A stretch of DNA of 54,523 nucleotides from an uncultured Victivallales bacterium (GTDB taxonomy: Bacteria; Verrucomicrobiota; Lentisphaeria; Victivallales; CAZIVM01). This document shows positions 33,091 through 43,166 of the stretch, piece by piece. Where the stretch lies: positions 1-54,523 of the forward strand of contig CAZIVM010000001.1 of NCBI GenBank assembly GCA_964542845.1, given 5' to 3'. The position numbers were made by a program, and so were the translations under genes. Within the stretch, counting starts at the first letter, position 1. Every line of letters starts with the position of its first letter. A model generated the notes under the pieces. The model worked only from the letters and a program-made list of their open reading frames with translations. It had not been told where the DNA came from and made no database searches.

Positions 33091-33962
33091 TCTCTTTTGT
33101 AAGGTTGCAGCCGTTTGAGAGGGTTGTGTGTGGATAAATTGATCAAAAAAGAAATCTGAACTATAACTTTTAGGAAGGATGTGTTCGTAAATTCCCTGTA
33201 AATTGTTTTTTGTTTATATTGTAAATAATCAAATAAATAAGGTTGAATGTACGGCGCATTGAGGGCGAGACTTATGGCATGATGCAGGGAGTCAACATGG
33301 GGATAAGGTTGTGTCCGACACCGTTGTGAGTCCGACTGATAACAAAGCGCATTTAAAAAGTGATAATATCCATTTTGTGAATCGGTGCTTTGCGCCCATG
33401 CAATAGTGTTTAATGTGTTATTCAAATCATTAGAATCCGTGGATTTATTTAGCGCACAAAAAACAATATGCGTGCTATACCATGCGCGTTGAGCTTGAAA
33501 ATCACCATATTTTTCTGCGTAATATTCATAATCGTGTAAAAGAGGCGTAGCATTAAGCATTTCTGGGTATATTTGAGGAGGGTCAAAAAGAATTTTTTGA
33601 ACGGCTAATCTTCCCGTGTTAAGCAATGGGGTAAATAATAAAAAACAAAAAGGGATCGCCAAAATAAGAAGAAAGAGAATATACCTTTGAATTTTTCTTA
33701 AAACAGCGTGATGTTTCATTCGCTTGAGGTTGGCGTGGGTGAGTGACTCATTGATTTCATCGGGCGAACCCCACGCTTGCAAGGTTTCTTCGATTTGACG
33801 CGCTGGATCGTCGGGGAAAATCTCGGCTAACTCTGTACATTTATCGTCTAAGTGCGCACGGATCTCGGTGCAAACTTCCGCATGAAGTTGTGCATCGCTT
33901 TCCAAACCGCGTGTACACGATTCTGCCAGCTGATCAAAGGGATGAGATGGAGTCGCATTCAT
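33087..33962 (-). CDS. Hypothetical single-pass membrane protein, putative PadR partner (N-terminal helical module + extracytoplasmic domain)
   Basis: 291 aa. An N-terminal ~90-aa acidic helical region (LHAEVCTEIRAHLDDKCTELAE), a TM (YILFLLILAIPFCFLLFTPLL) and a ~170-aa C-terminal domain. The ATG lies 1 nt after the padR stop. Confidence 0.55.
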   Translation of the reverse strand: MNATPSHPFDQLAESCTRGLESDAQLHAEVCTEIRAHLDDKCTELAEIFPDDPARQIEETLQAWGSPDEINESLTHANLKRMKHHAVLRKIQRYILFLLILAIPFCFLLFTPLLNTGRLAVQKILFDPPQIYPEMLNATPLLHDYEYYAEKYGDFQAQRAWYSTHIVFCALNKSTDSNDLNNTLNTIAWAQSTDSQNGYYHFLNALCYQSDSQRCRTQPYPHVDSLHHAISLALNAPYIQPYLFDYLQYKQKTIYREFTNTSFLKVIVQISFLINLSTHNPLKRLQPYKRE

Positions 33963-33963
33963 T

Positions 33964-34296
33964 TTAACAAGTTCCGAATCCTAAAAGGGCGTGAATGTGG
34001 TTGAGTTCGGATTGAACGGCATGAACACGCACGGTCACTGCCGATTTTCCTTGACGGGTGAGGGCATAATACTTGCGGGGTTTGGGGGTATCGGTCGACC
34101 AAAAACTTTCGATTAAGCCTTCGGCTTCGAGTCGATGCAAGCATGGATAAAGGGTCCCTTCTTTCCATTGGAATGCGCCTTGCGTGCGTTCATCAACTTT
34201 TTTAATAATTTCGTAACCATACATTTGATTTTCGCTTAAAAGTTTGAGAATAATTGCATCGGTTGCTGTATGGGTAAGATCTGCTTTACGTGCCAT
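33964..34296 (-). CDS. PadR family transcriptional regulator
   Basis: 110 aa with a winged-HTH signature (ILKLLSENQMYGYEIIKKV...GTLYPCLHRLEAEGLI). Confidence 0.9.
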   Translation of the reverse strand: MARKADLTHTATDAIILKLLSENQMYGYEIIKKVDERTQGAFQWKEGTLYPCLHRLEAEGLIESFWSTDTPKPRKYYALTRQGKSAVTVRVHAVQSELNHIHALLGFGTC

Positions 34297-34342
34297 AATC
34301 GACTCCTCAATTTGATGTTTAAATGTTTATACCTTATAATTC

Positions 34343-34370
34343 AATATACATCGAATTTCGATATATGCAA
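34343..34370 (-). promoter_or_regulatory. Putative padR promoter TTGCAT-N16-TATATT with an embedded palindromic operator
   Basis: On the minus strand: -35 at 34370-34365 and -10 at 34348-34343. The spacer contains the perfect 6-1-6 palindrome ATCGAA-T-TTCGAT (34350-34362). Confidence 0.45.
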
Positions 34371-34484
34371 ATTAAAAAGGTATCTTTGATCTCTTTTTTT
34401 CACAATTTTTTCTTAAAAAAAGAAGGATTTGTTTATAAAATTAAAATTTTTTCTAAATCAAGATTAGGTTTTGAAAGTTTAATC

Positions 34485-34513
34485 TTGACAATTTAAGAAA
34501 GCGGTGTTATATT
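34485..34513 (+). promoter_or_regulatory. Near-consensus sigma-70 promoter TTGACA-N17-(TGt)TATATT for the ECF sigma / kinase operon
   Basis: -35 TTGACA at 34485-34490, a 17-nt spacer, and an extended -10 TGTTATATT at 34505-34513. The leader to the ATG at 34638 is about 118 nt. Confidence 0.55.
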
Positions 34514-34637
34514 CTTTTCAGTCAATTTACAGCTCTTTTACACAATTCTTGAAAAGAGTTGTAGTTTTTCATTATGTTCTGCGTTTAATAACCTAACCCG
34601 CCGTCATTATCTTCAACACTCTGTGATCTGTATAAAT

Positions 34638-35240
34638 ATGAATACGCTCCCCGACGATACACGCCAATCCCTTGAATTTACCACGCTGTTTGAAGAACAT
34701 CGCCCCCGACTCCACCGTTTGGTGCAAGCTCGGATGTCGCGCATGTTATTTCACCGTATGACCGCTGAGGATATGGTGCAAGAGGTCTATATGGCGAGTG
34801 CAAAACGCATCCCTTATTTTGTGGCATACCCTGAGATTCCTTACTTTGTGAAACTTCGCAGCGTCGCCCTACAAACCATCACAGATTTTGAACGTAAATA
34901 TCTTGCCGCAAAGAAACGCAATGTTTATCAAGAGATCAATCCTGATCAAGTGGTGCAAGAAAATGAAGATTTCGATATGTGGAATTTATTTGCAGATCCG
35001 AAAAGTTCTCCCTTAACGCGCGTGGCCAAACAGGATCGTTATGCCCTCTTGCATGGCGCAATGGAGGCGTTATCTGTGCAAGATCGCGAAATGATACAGA
35101 TGCGAAACTTTGAGGGGCTTACCAATATGGAGTGTGCGAATGTCTTGGAGATAGAACCGAAAGCCGCAAGTATTCGTTATATTCGAGCGTTAAAACGACT
35201 CCAAGAACTTCTGATTGAATTTTCGGAGTTCAACGGATGA
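34638..35240 (+). CDS. ECF-type RNA polymerase sigma factor
   Basis: Region 2 (EDMVQEVYMASAKR) and region 4 HTH (NFEGLTNMECANVLEIEPKAASIRYIRALKRL). The start is set at ATG 34638; the GTG at 34623 is an alternative. Confidence 0.8.
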   Translation: MNTLPDDTRQSLEFTTLFEEHRPRLHRLVQARMSRMLFHRMTAEDMVQEVYMASAKRIPYFVAYPEIPYFVKLRSVALQTITDFERKYLAAKKRNVYQEINPDQVVQENEDFDMWNLFADPKSSPLTRVAKQDRYALLHGAMEALSVQDREMIQMRNFEGLTNMECANVLEIEPKAASIRYIRALKRLQELLIEFSEFNG

Positions 35241-37633
35241 ACGAGACAAATGAATCCTTAGATGCCATTGACGCTTTAGATACGATTCTTGAAGATTTTT
35301 TAGAGCGTTACCGCGTTGAACCTACCCTGGATATTGATCAATTTATTCAACAATACCCTGAATATGAACGTGATTTGAAAGATTTAATTCCGTGTTTAAT
35401 CTCTGTTGAACGCGCATCCGCCTCGGGCTCACCTTCAACGGTAGAGTCGTTAGATGCTGGGGCGCAGTTAGGTGAATACCAAATTGTTGAGAAGATTGCA
35501 CAGGGAGGGATGGGGTCGATTTACAAAGCGTATCATGTGGCGCTTAATCGTTATGTGGCGATTAAAATACTCCTGTCGGTGTGGCGCGATGATGAAATTC
35601 TACGCGCAAAATTTTTAAATGAGGGTAAAACGCTTGCGCGTTTGCAACATCCGAATATTTTAACCATTTATGGGGTTGGAAGCGATGAAAGGTACTCGTA
35701 CTTGGTGATGGAGTTGATTCATGGGACGCCCTTAAATCGTGTCGATTTGCAAGAACGTTTTCCGCATCAAACACGCACCGAAATTATCGCCCATATTGCA
35801 TTACAAATCGCTCAAGCACTCACCTATGCACACTCGCATGGAATTTTGCATTGTGATATTAAACCTTCGAATCTTTTATTGGATGAAAAAGGAAATGTGT
35901 TATTGACCGATTTTGGACTCTCCCGAATGCTCGAAGAAGGCGGGAAAAGTGCGTTGCTGACACAGGTACAGTCTGGCACTTTAGCGTATATGGCGCCTGA
36001 ACAACTTTTATCGAATCATATTTCGGTGGCGTCTGAACAGTATAGTTTAGGACTCACGCTTTACGAGTTATATGTGGGGAGATCCATCATGACGGAATCA
36101 AATCCGGGGCGACTGGTGGATCAGATTTGTTCTAATGCGCTTCCCCCTTTGCGCGATTCCGACAAAGATTTTGCTACAATTATTAATAAGAGTCTTCACT
36201 TCTTACCTGCGGATCGTTATAAGAGTATGGAATCGTTTGCGGCCGACTGGAAGCGTTATTTGAATAATGAACCGATTCATGCGCGTTCTATTTCACTTTT
36301 CAGACGTTTTTATTTATGGACAAAGCGGAAACCTGCCATTGCTTATTTATCGCTTTTAGCTGTGATTCTTGTAAGCCTCTCCTTTTCTGCATTTTATGTG
36401 GGGTATATCCGAGTGAACAGAGCCTTGAAAGAGGAGCTTGAACAGCGTAATTTATCCGAACGAAATAGTCGTATTGCATATTTAACTTTTCAAAAGTTGT
36501 TTCATACATTGGGGAATATGTCGCAAGATGGCAATTATGAAATTCATCCTGCGTTTACCTCTGCAACAACGGTTGAGTTGTTAAAGACATTACTTCCTTA
36601 TTATCAAGAGATTGTAATCTTGCGTCAAGTGAGTCAGCAGAAGATTATGGAGGCTTATAGTGCGATGTCTACCATTTATATGCAGCTCGGTCACTATGAA
36701 GACGCAGAGAGTGCGCTTTGTCATGCCATTCTCATTGGGAAAGAGATTGACGCACCGCTTGCTGTTCGTCTTTCTCAAATTAATTTTTTAGGACTCAATT
36801 TGTTTAAACAAGGAAAAACTGAAGATGCCGAAAAAATATGGGGAAACGCGATAAGTCAATATCAACATAATCCTGATACGGAAATTCAGTTGATTGTTGC
36901 AAATATGAAGCGCAATCAACTCGGCGAAAAGAAGTCTTTTCTAACGGATGAGGTCAATGTCTTTACAAAAACGCAACGTCAGAACGCGCAAGCGTTGCTT
37001 CAATATCTGGATACGATCTTAGAGAAAGATTCTGCAAATCAAGAAGCGTTGTATTTGCGGGCATCGGTTTTAGGTGAATTTCCGAGATTGCATGATGTTA
37101 CGGGGTATGAACGTGGGGATGCGTTAACTTTACTTCAGTCGTTAATCAAAACGTATCCTACCGTTGCGAAGTACAAGCTTGAATTTATTCGATTTGCACT
37201 TTATCTCCCCATTCGTAAAGACGATCAGGCATTACTTAAAACAATTAATAATGCCGTTTATTATGCTGAAGATTTATTGATGATGTCGCCTTTGAACGCC
37301 ACTTATATTATGGCAGGAATTGCGATTTATCAACGACGCACACAGTATTTTAGAGTTCGCAATGATTTTCGCAAAGCGCAAATGGATGTAAAACGAACAC
37401 TCTCGTTATTATACACATTAGTGCGTATATCTGATGATCAGTCTCATATTGAAAAACTGATTAATCTTCAATTTAAAGAATTACGTCATGCGATAAAAGA
37501 TTCGGAGTTTTCGCCTGAACTCTCTATTTTAATAGATGCGTTGCGCGAAAAAATTGAACTTCTTCCCGCAGATGAATGTGCACGATATATGGAGCAACTT
37601 GATAAATTAGAGAAAAAGAGTCAACGGTTGTAG
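35237..37633 (+). CDS. Transmembrane Ser/Thr protein kinase with a large C-terminal helical-repeat (TPR-like) domain
   Basis: Hanks kinase motifs GQGGMGSIYKA, VAIK, HCDIKPSNLL, DFG and APE. A TM lies around residues 375-397 (AIAYLSLLAVILVSLSFSAFYVGYI), followed by a ~400-aa C-terminal repeat region. There is a 4-nt ATGA overlap with the sigma gene. Confidence 0.9.
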   Translation: MNETNESLDAIDALDTILEDFLERYRVEPTLDIDQFIQQYPEYERDLKDLIPCLISVERASASGSPSTVESLDAGAQLGEYQIVEKIAQGGMGSIYKAYHVALNRYVAIKILLSVWRDDEILRAKFLNEGKTLARLQHPNILTIYGVGSDERYSYLVMELIHGTPLNRVDLQERFPHQTRTEIIAHIALQIAQALTYAHSHGILHCDIKPSNLLLDEKGNVLLTDFGLSRMLEEGGKSALLTQVQSGTLAYMAPEQLLSNHISVASEQYSLGLTLYELYVGRSIMTESNPGRLVDQICSNALPPLRDSDKDFATIINKSLHFLPADRYKSMESFAADWKRYLNNEPIHARSISLFRRFYLWTKRKPAIAYLSLLAVILVSLSFSAFYVGYIRVNRALKEELEQRNLSERNSRIAYLTFQKLFHTLGNMSQDGNYEIHPAFTSATTVELLKTLLPYYQEIVILRQVSQQKIMEAYSAMSTIYMQLGHYEDAESALCHAILIGKEIDAPLAVRLSQINFLGLNLFKQGKTEDAEKIWGNAISQYQHNPDTEIQLIVANMKRNQLGEKKSFLTDEVNVFTKTQRQNAQALLQYLDTILEKDSANQEALYLRASVLGEFPRLHDVTGYERGDALTLLQSLIKTYPTVAKYKLEFIRFALYLPIRKDDQALLKTINNAVYYAEDLLMMSPLNATYIMAGIAIYQRRTQYFRVRNDFRKAQMDVKRTLSLLYTLVRISDDQSHIEKLINLQFKELRHAIKDSEFSPELSILIDALREKIELLPADECARYMEQLDKLEKKSQRL

Positions 37634-37726
37634 ATTTTTTCTTACTGTTGCGTTTTTTGTAGTATGAGCTCAAAATAAAACAGTTTAGAAATGAAAAAAC
37701 GACATCTGAAAAGAAAGGTTGACACT

Positions 37727-38170
37727 ATGAAAAAATTAATGATTATCGCTTGTTTGCTTGCATGGACCCCTTGTGCTATTTTTGCTGCGGATTCTAATGA
37801 CTCCAAAAATAAGAAAACACCTGAAGAACGTAAAGCATTTCATCTTTCATTTGATGCGGATGGAGATGGAAAACTCAATGATGCAGAGTTAGCCAAAAAA
37901 CGTGCAACGGTTGATCAAAATATTCAAACACGTCGTGCGGAGCGTGATAAAGAAATTGTAGCGCGTCGCGCCGAGGCAGATGCAAAAATTGCAAAGATTG
38001 AAGACGAAGCACGTCGGAGTGAAAAAACTGCCAAAGCAACCGCGCGTCGTGCTGAAAAAGATAAAGAGATTTCCGCACGTCGTTCCGAGAAAGATCAACA
38101 ACTTGCAACCCATCGCGCCAAAGTTGACGAACGTCGTGCCAAACGTGCTTCACAGCAAAAAAAATCATAA
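37727..38170 (+). CDS. Secreted charged-repeat protein with a canonical EF-hand loop
   Basis: Signal peptide MKKLMIIACLLAWTPCAIFA. EF-hand loop DADGDGKLNDAE. Repeats RRAERDKEIVARRAEAD and RRAEKDKEISARRSEKD. Confidence 0.6.
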   Translation: MKKLMIIACLLAWTPCAIFAADSNDSKNKKTPEERKAFHLSFDADGDGKLNDAELAKKRATVDQNIQTRRAERDKEIVARRAEADAKIAKIEDEARRSEKTAKATARRAEKDKEISARRSEKDQQLATHRAKVDERRAKRASQQKKS

Positions 38171-38210
38171 TCTATATTTAAAGTGCAGCGTTTGTACTTT
38201 AAAAAGAGAA

Positions 38211-38248
38211 AGAGTTATCATGATGCGTGATAACTCTTTTTTTATTTT
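38211..38248. terminator. Bidirectional intrinsic terminator
   Basis: Perfect 10-bp stem AGAGTTATCA/TGATAACTCT with a 7-nt loop, followed by T7 on plus and preceded by an A-rich stretch. It serves the convergent genes ending at 38170 and 38262. Confidence 0.7.
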
Positions 38249-38261
38249 AAATAATTTTTAT

Positions 38262-39800
38262 TTAAGAATCGATATTGTACCACTCAGGGGTAATTCCTAA
38301 ATGACGCACCTTATAGTGCATAACACGTGGGGATAAATCGAGTTCGCGACCTGCTGCCGACATGTTCCCATTGTTGCGTTTGAGTGCCGACACAATGAGT
38401 TCACGTTGGTAGGAATTGACGAGCGTGGTAAACGAAGCTTGTCCTGAGGGATGTGTTTCATTTTCGCTCTCTTCGCCTGTTTGCAACGAAGGGGGGAGGT
38501 TGTAACCATAAATGGTATCATCAATACACGTTAAAACGGCGCGTTCAATGCAGTTTTCGAGTTCGCGTACATTTCCTGGCCAGTGATACGACATCAACAT
38601 GTTAATGGCAGGGGTGGAGAGTCGCTTCACATGTTTATCGTAGCGCAGGTTGGCTTTTTGGATAAAGTGTTCGGCGAGTAAAATAATATCGGAGCGTCGT
38701 TTAGAGAGATCTGGCACGACAACTGGAAAAATATTTAAGCGGTAATATAAGTCCTCACGAAAGAGTTTTTTCTCCATGAGTTCTTCGAGATTCCGACTTG
38801 TAGCCGCAAGAAATCGTACATTCGATTTGAGTTCTGTATTACTGCCGACCCGTGAAAAGGTTCGCTCTTGCAGAAAACGCAAGAGTTTGACTTGTGTTTG
38901 AAGTGTTAAGTCGCCAATTTCATCTAGAAACAGCGTCCCGCCATTCGCCTCTTCTGCTCGACCAATACGACGAGTCACCGCGCCTGTAAACGCCCCTTTT
39001 TCATGTCCGAAAAGCTCACTTTCTACAAGGTTTTCGGGGAGGGCTGCACAGTTTAATGCGACAAACGGTTTATCATTGCGTTGACTCAAATTGACAATCG
39101 CCCGTGCGACTAACTCTTTTCCCGTTCCCGAACTTCCACGAATGAGCACTGTTGCATCACTCGGCGCTACTTGACGAATGAGCTTGTATACATTTTTCAT
39201 GTTATGACAATTCCCAATCATCTCTCCGGGGTTCTCCGTGAGCATCTTTCGTAGCTCCAAGTTTCCTTTGAGGAGTTTTTCGCGTTCTTCGCGCTCTTTG
39301 TGTAACACCGCGACCGCTTCTGCTGTAATATTACTAATAATTTGAAGTAACGATAAATCGCGATTAAGATCGGTGTTTTCTGTGACAGGGCGGTCGATAC
39401 TCAAGGTTCCAACCACTTGTTCCGCGTGGAGCACAGGGACACAAATAAACGCTGTTTTTTCGTTCGTTTTGTTTTTTCGACTTTGCGTACGATTCAAAAA
39501 GCGTGAGTCTTTAGTAATGTCAGGAACGACTTCTGCTTTCCCTGTCTCGCCCACGCGTCCTGTAATCCCTTCGCCATAATGGTAGAACCCCAAACGTTTT
39601 TCAGTGGTTTCGAGTCCGTGAGAGGCTTCGATACGAAAAATGTTATCGTGAAGTAGAGTGAAAGTTCCGCGAATCATCCCCATTCGTTTATTCAGAATTT
39701 CGAGAATATCGTTGAGCAGAGCTTCCGCGTTTTGACGATGCAAAATCGCTGTACTAATCTCTTGCAAAACAAGTATTTCGGTTTCTAATGTACGGGGCAT
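38262..39800 (-). CDS. Sigma-54-dependent transcriptional activator (bEBP), GAF - AAA+ - Fis-type HTH architecture
   Basis: N-terminal GAF-like domain. Walker [15 protein letters not shown] loop (HEKGAFTGA), Walker B LFLDEIG. C-terminal [28 protein letters not shown]. There is no receiver domain. Confidence 0.9.
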   Translation of the reverse strand: MPRTLETEILVLQEISTAILHRQNAEALLNDILEILNKRMGMIRGTFTLLHDNIFRIEASHGLETTEKRLGFYHYGEGITGRVGETGKAEVVPDITKDSRFLNRTQSRKNKTNEKTAFICVPVLHAEQVVGTLSIDRPVTENTDLNRDLSLLQIISNITAEAVAVLHKEREEREKLLKGNLELRKMLTENPGEMIGNCHNMKNVYKLIRQVAPSDATVLIRGSSGTGKELVARAIVNLSQRNDKPFVALNCAALPENLVESELFGHEKGAFTGAVTRRIGRAEEANGGTLFLDEIGDLTLQTQVKLLRFLQERTFSRVGSNTELKSNVRFLAATSRNLEELMEKKLFREDLYYRLNIFPVVVPDLSKRRSDIILLAEHFIQKANLRYDKHVKRLSTPAINMLMSYHWPGNVRELENCIERAVLTCIDDTIYGYNLPPSLQTGEESENETHPSGQASFTTLVNSYQRELIVSALKRNNGNMSAAGRELDLSPRVMHYKVRHLGITPEWYNIDS

Positions 39801-39866
39801 ATTTTTTCCTTGGGGTTTGTTTAGTATTAATTTAATACGATTTGCGAAACTTTCAAGTGTGATGAG

Positions 39867-42800
39867 TTATTTAATTGAGATTTTAGGACGAAGTGGGGTG
39901 TGTTGACGCAAGACGTGTTGATGATATTCTTGCAAACTGCACACTTCAAAGCGACCAAACTCTGCTTGTTCCAGTACGCCATCCACTGCCGCTTGGAATC
40001 CCGACAATGTGGTCGTAATTGGAATCCCTGTTAAGACCGCATGTGAACGCATTTGAATTTCGTCAGCCAACGCTTCGAGTCCATTCTCTGATGAATTGAC
40101 AATCCATTGGACTTTTTTCTCGTTTAAGAGGTCGATCAAATTCGGACGTCCGCGTGAGATTTTGTAGACCGCATGCGCTGGAATTCCTGCATCATAGAGA
40201 AGTGTCGATGTGCCACGGGTTGCGTAGATTTGGAAACCTAATTTTTGGAGCGCGCGAACACGAGGAATCGCCTCTTCTTTATCTTCATCTCTTAGGGATA
40301 AGAAAATACCGCCTGAGGTTGGGATACGGTTATGAGCTGCAATTTGTGATTTGAGATAAGCCATGCCGTGGAGGTAGTCGATGGACATGACTTCACCTGT
40401 CGATTTCATTTCAGGTCCGAGCAAGACGTCTACGCCTGCGAACTTGATGAAGGGGAAGACCGCTTCTTTAACAACAGTGTATGGAATTTTAACTTCTTCT
40501 GTGAATCCGATGTCGACTAATTTTTCGCCCGCCATACAACGCGCTGCATATCCTGCCAAAGGAACCCCAATGGCTTTACTTACAAATGGAATGGTCCGTG
40601 AGGCGCGCGGGTTGACTTCAAGGATATAAATCGTTTCGCCACGAACGGCGAATTGGACATTCATTAAGCCACAAACATGAAGTTCGCGTGCTAAATCAAG
40701 TGTATGCTTGCGGATGCGATCTTGAACACTTTGTGAGAGACTCATCGGTGGAATCATTGCGGCGGAGTCGCCTGAGTGAATCCCTGCCGCTTCAACGTGT
40801 TCCATAATCGCGCCAATCACGGAGGTTTCGCCATCTGAAATACAGTCGACATCTAATTCAAGCGCATCTTCTAAGAAGCGATCGACCAAAATAGGTTTCC
40901 CGGGTGAAATGGCTTGCGCTTCACCGACATAACGGTTCAACTGTGTTTCGTTATAAACAATAATCATCCCTCGTCCACCCAAGACAAATGAGGGGCGAAT
41001 CAACACGGGATAACCAATGCGATTGGCAATTTCCAACGCTTCGGCTTCGTTCATTGCAATTCCGTTCGGGGGCTGTTCGATGCCTAAGCGGTGCGCGAGT
41101 TGTTTGAAGAAGTCGCGATCTTCGGCAGCATCGATATCTTCAGGACTTGTCCCGATAATATTGGCGCCCGCTTTTTTGAGTTGTTGCGCAAGGTTGAGTG
41201 GGGTTTGACCGCCAAATTGGACAATGACACCACTGCAGTTTTCACGCTCATAGATGTGCATGACATCTTCAAGGGTGAGGGGTTCAAAATAGAGTTTGTC
41301 ACTGCTGTCGTAGTCGGTTGAGACGGTTTCAGGGTTACTATTCACCATGATCACCTCGTAGCCCGCTTTACGGAGCGCTAAGGTCGCGTGAACACAACAG
41401 TAGTCAAACTCAATCCCTTGTCCGATACGATTGGGTCCGCCACCGAGAACCATAATGGTTTTTTTATGGCTGACACGCACGGGGTCTGTATGTTCGCCGT
41501 AAGTCGAGTAGTAGTAAGGTGTACGGGCTTCAAATTCTCCAGCGCAGGTATCCACGACACCAAAGATGGGGAGAAGTTTTTCCGCATAACGGGCCGCACG
41601 CACTTTCTCTTCGTCAGTCTTGAGAATGAAAGCGATTTGACGATCAGAGTAACCCAACGCTTTAGCCGCTCTGAACATCTCCATATCTTTACAAAGATTC
41701 TCAAGTGTGCCAATTGCTTCAAGTGCATTTTCAAACGCCACAAGTTCTTCTAAATGACGAAGGAAGTAAGGATCAATCGCGGTGATTTGATAGAGTTTTT
41801 CAACACTATAACCGCGTTTGAATGCTACGCGAAGACAAAAGACTCGGTTGGCATGACGGCGTTCAAGTTCTGCATCAAGTTCCGCTTCGGTTAAGCTTTC
41901 GTAGGGGCCATCTTTACCATCTGCGCCAAATCCAAAACGCCCTGTTTCAAGCGAGCGTAATGCTTTTTGAAACGACTGTTTGAACGTACGCCCAATCGAC
42001 ATCGCTTCGCCCACAGATTTCATTTGTGTGCCGAGGGTGTCGGATGCTAACGGGAATTTTTCAAAGGCAAAACGTGGGATTTTAGTGACCACATAATCTA
42101 AGGAGGGTTCGAAACAACAAGGGGTTGTTCCCGTAATATCATTAATGAGTTCATCTAAGGTGTAACCCACTGCAAGCAATGCGGCAATTTTAGCGATAGG
42201 GAACCCTGTCGCTTTCGATGCGAGCGCTGATGAACGCGATACACGTGGATTCATTTCGATGATAATGCGACGTCCTGTTTGAGGATCAATCGCCCATTGA
42301 ACGTTTGAGCCCCCAGTTGAAATTCCAATCGCGCGCATCACTTTTAAGCTATCATCACGCATGCTTTGGTATTCTTGATCGTTAAGCGTTTGAATGGGGG
42401 CCACTGTGATGGAGTCACCTGTATGGATTCCCATGGGATCTACGTTTTCAATCGAACAGACAATGACAGAGTTTCCACGTTTATCGCAGATCACTTCCAT
42501 TTCGTATTCTTTCCATCCCAAAAGTGATTCTTCGATTAACACTTCGGAGGTCGGGCTCGCTTTAAGACCGCCTTTGACAATTTTGTCGAACTCTTCAGGA
42601 TTGTAGGCAATTCCGCCTCCGCTACCCCCTAAAGTAAATCCGGGGCGGATGATGAGTGGCCAACGTCCAATAGTTTCAGCAACGGCACGGGCTTCATCGA
42701 GCGTATGAGCGGTTCCTGATTGTGGAAGATCGAGACCAATGGTTTGCATGGTTTGTTTGAAAAGTTGACGATCTTCAGCTTTATTAATGGCAACTGCATC

Positions 42801-43154
42801 AGCACCGATGAGTTCCACTTGATAACGATCTAAAATCCCACGATCATAAAGTTCCATGGCAAGGTTCAATGCGGTTTGACCCCCTAAGGTGGGTAAGACT
42901 GCATCGGGGCGTTCGCGACGGATAATTTCGTGGAGAATATCAGCGGTAAGAGGTTCAATATAGGTGCGATCTGCAAACTCGGGGTCGGTCATAATGGTTG
43001 CAGGGTTGCTGTTCACCAAGACGATTTCGTAACCTTCTTTACGAAGAACTTTACACGCTTGTGTTCCAGAGTAGTCGAATTCGCACCCTTGACCGATTAC
43101 AATCGGGCCAGACCCGATTAACATAATTTTTTGAATATCAGTACGTTTTGGCAT
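39867..43154 (-). CDS. carB: Carbamoyl-phosphate synthase large subunit
   Basis: 1095 aa with duplicated ATP-grasp halves ([21 protein letters not shown]; [20 protein letters not shown]) and a C-terminal MGS-like domain. Confidence 0.97.
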   Translation of the reverse strand: MPKRTDIQKIMLIGSGPIVIGQGCEFDYSGTQACKVLRKEGYEIVLVNSNPATIMTDPEFADRTYIEPLTADILHEIIRRERPDAVLPTLGGQTALNLAMELYDRGILDRYQVELIGADAVAINKAEDRQLFKQTMQTIGLDLPQSGTAHTLDEARAVAETIGRWPLIIRPGFTLGGSGGGIAYNPEEFDKIVKGGLKASPTSEVLIEESLLGWKEYEMEVICDKRGNSVIVCSIENVDPMGIHTGDSITVAPIQTLNDQEYQSMRDDSLKVMRAIGISTGGSNVQWAIDPQTGRRIIIEMNPRVSRSSALASKATGFPIAKIAALLAVGYTLDELINDITGTTPCCFEPSLDYVVTKIPRFAFEKFPLASDTLGTQMKSVGEAMSIGRTFKQSFQKALRSLETGRFGFGADGKDGPYESLTEAELDAELERRHANRVFCLRVAFKRGYSVEKLYQITAIDPYFLRHLEELVAFENALEAIGTLENLCKDMEMFRAAKALGYSDRQIAFILKTDEEKVRAARYAEKLLPIFGVVDTCAGEFEARTPYYYSTYGEHTDPVRVSHKKTIMVLGGGPNRIGQGIEFDYCCVHATLALRKAGYEVIMVNSNPETVSTDYDSSDKLYFEPLTLEDVMHIYERENCSGVIVQFGGQTPLNLAQQLKKAGANIIGTSPEDIDAAEDRDFFKQLAHRLGIEQPPNGIAMNEAEALEIANRIGYPVLIRPSFVLGGRGMIIVYNETQLNRYVGEAQAISPGKPILVDRFLEDALELDVDCISDGETSVIGAIMEHVEAAGIHSGDSAAMIPPMSLSQSVQDRIRKHTLDLARELHVCGLMNVQFAVRGETIYILEVNPRASRTIPFVSKAIGVPLAGYAARCMAGEKLVDIGFTEEVKIPYTVVKEAVFPFIKFAGVDVLLGPEMKSTGEVMSIDYLHGMAYLKSQIAAHNRIPTSGGIFLSLRDEDKEEAIPRVRALQKLGFQIYATRGTSTLLYDAGIPAHAVYKISRGRPNLIDLLNEKKVQWIVNSSENGLEALADEIQMRSHAVLTGIPITTTLSGFQAAVDGVLEQAEFGRFEVCSLQEYHQHVLRQHTPLRPKISIK

Positions 43155-43166
43155 CGTTGTGATTCC

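Noticed and set aside
33129-33137. Perfect DnaA box (TGTGGATAA) about 0.9 kb from rpmH, considered as an oriC marker.
   Set aside because: It is a single copy inside a coding region, with no cluster of boxes or adjacent AT-rich unwinding element. dnaA is absent from the window.
39801-39866. Possible terminator or independent strong promoter between carB and the bEBP gene.
   Set aside because: There is no stable hairpin. Only a weak TTGAAA-N16-TAAATT match is present, which is too weak to list as a feature. It is mentioned under the operon finding.
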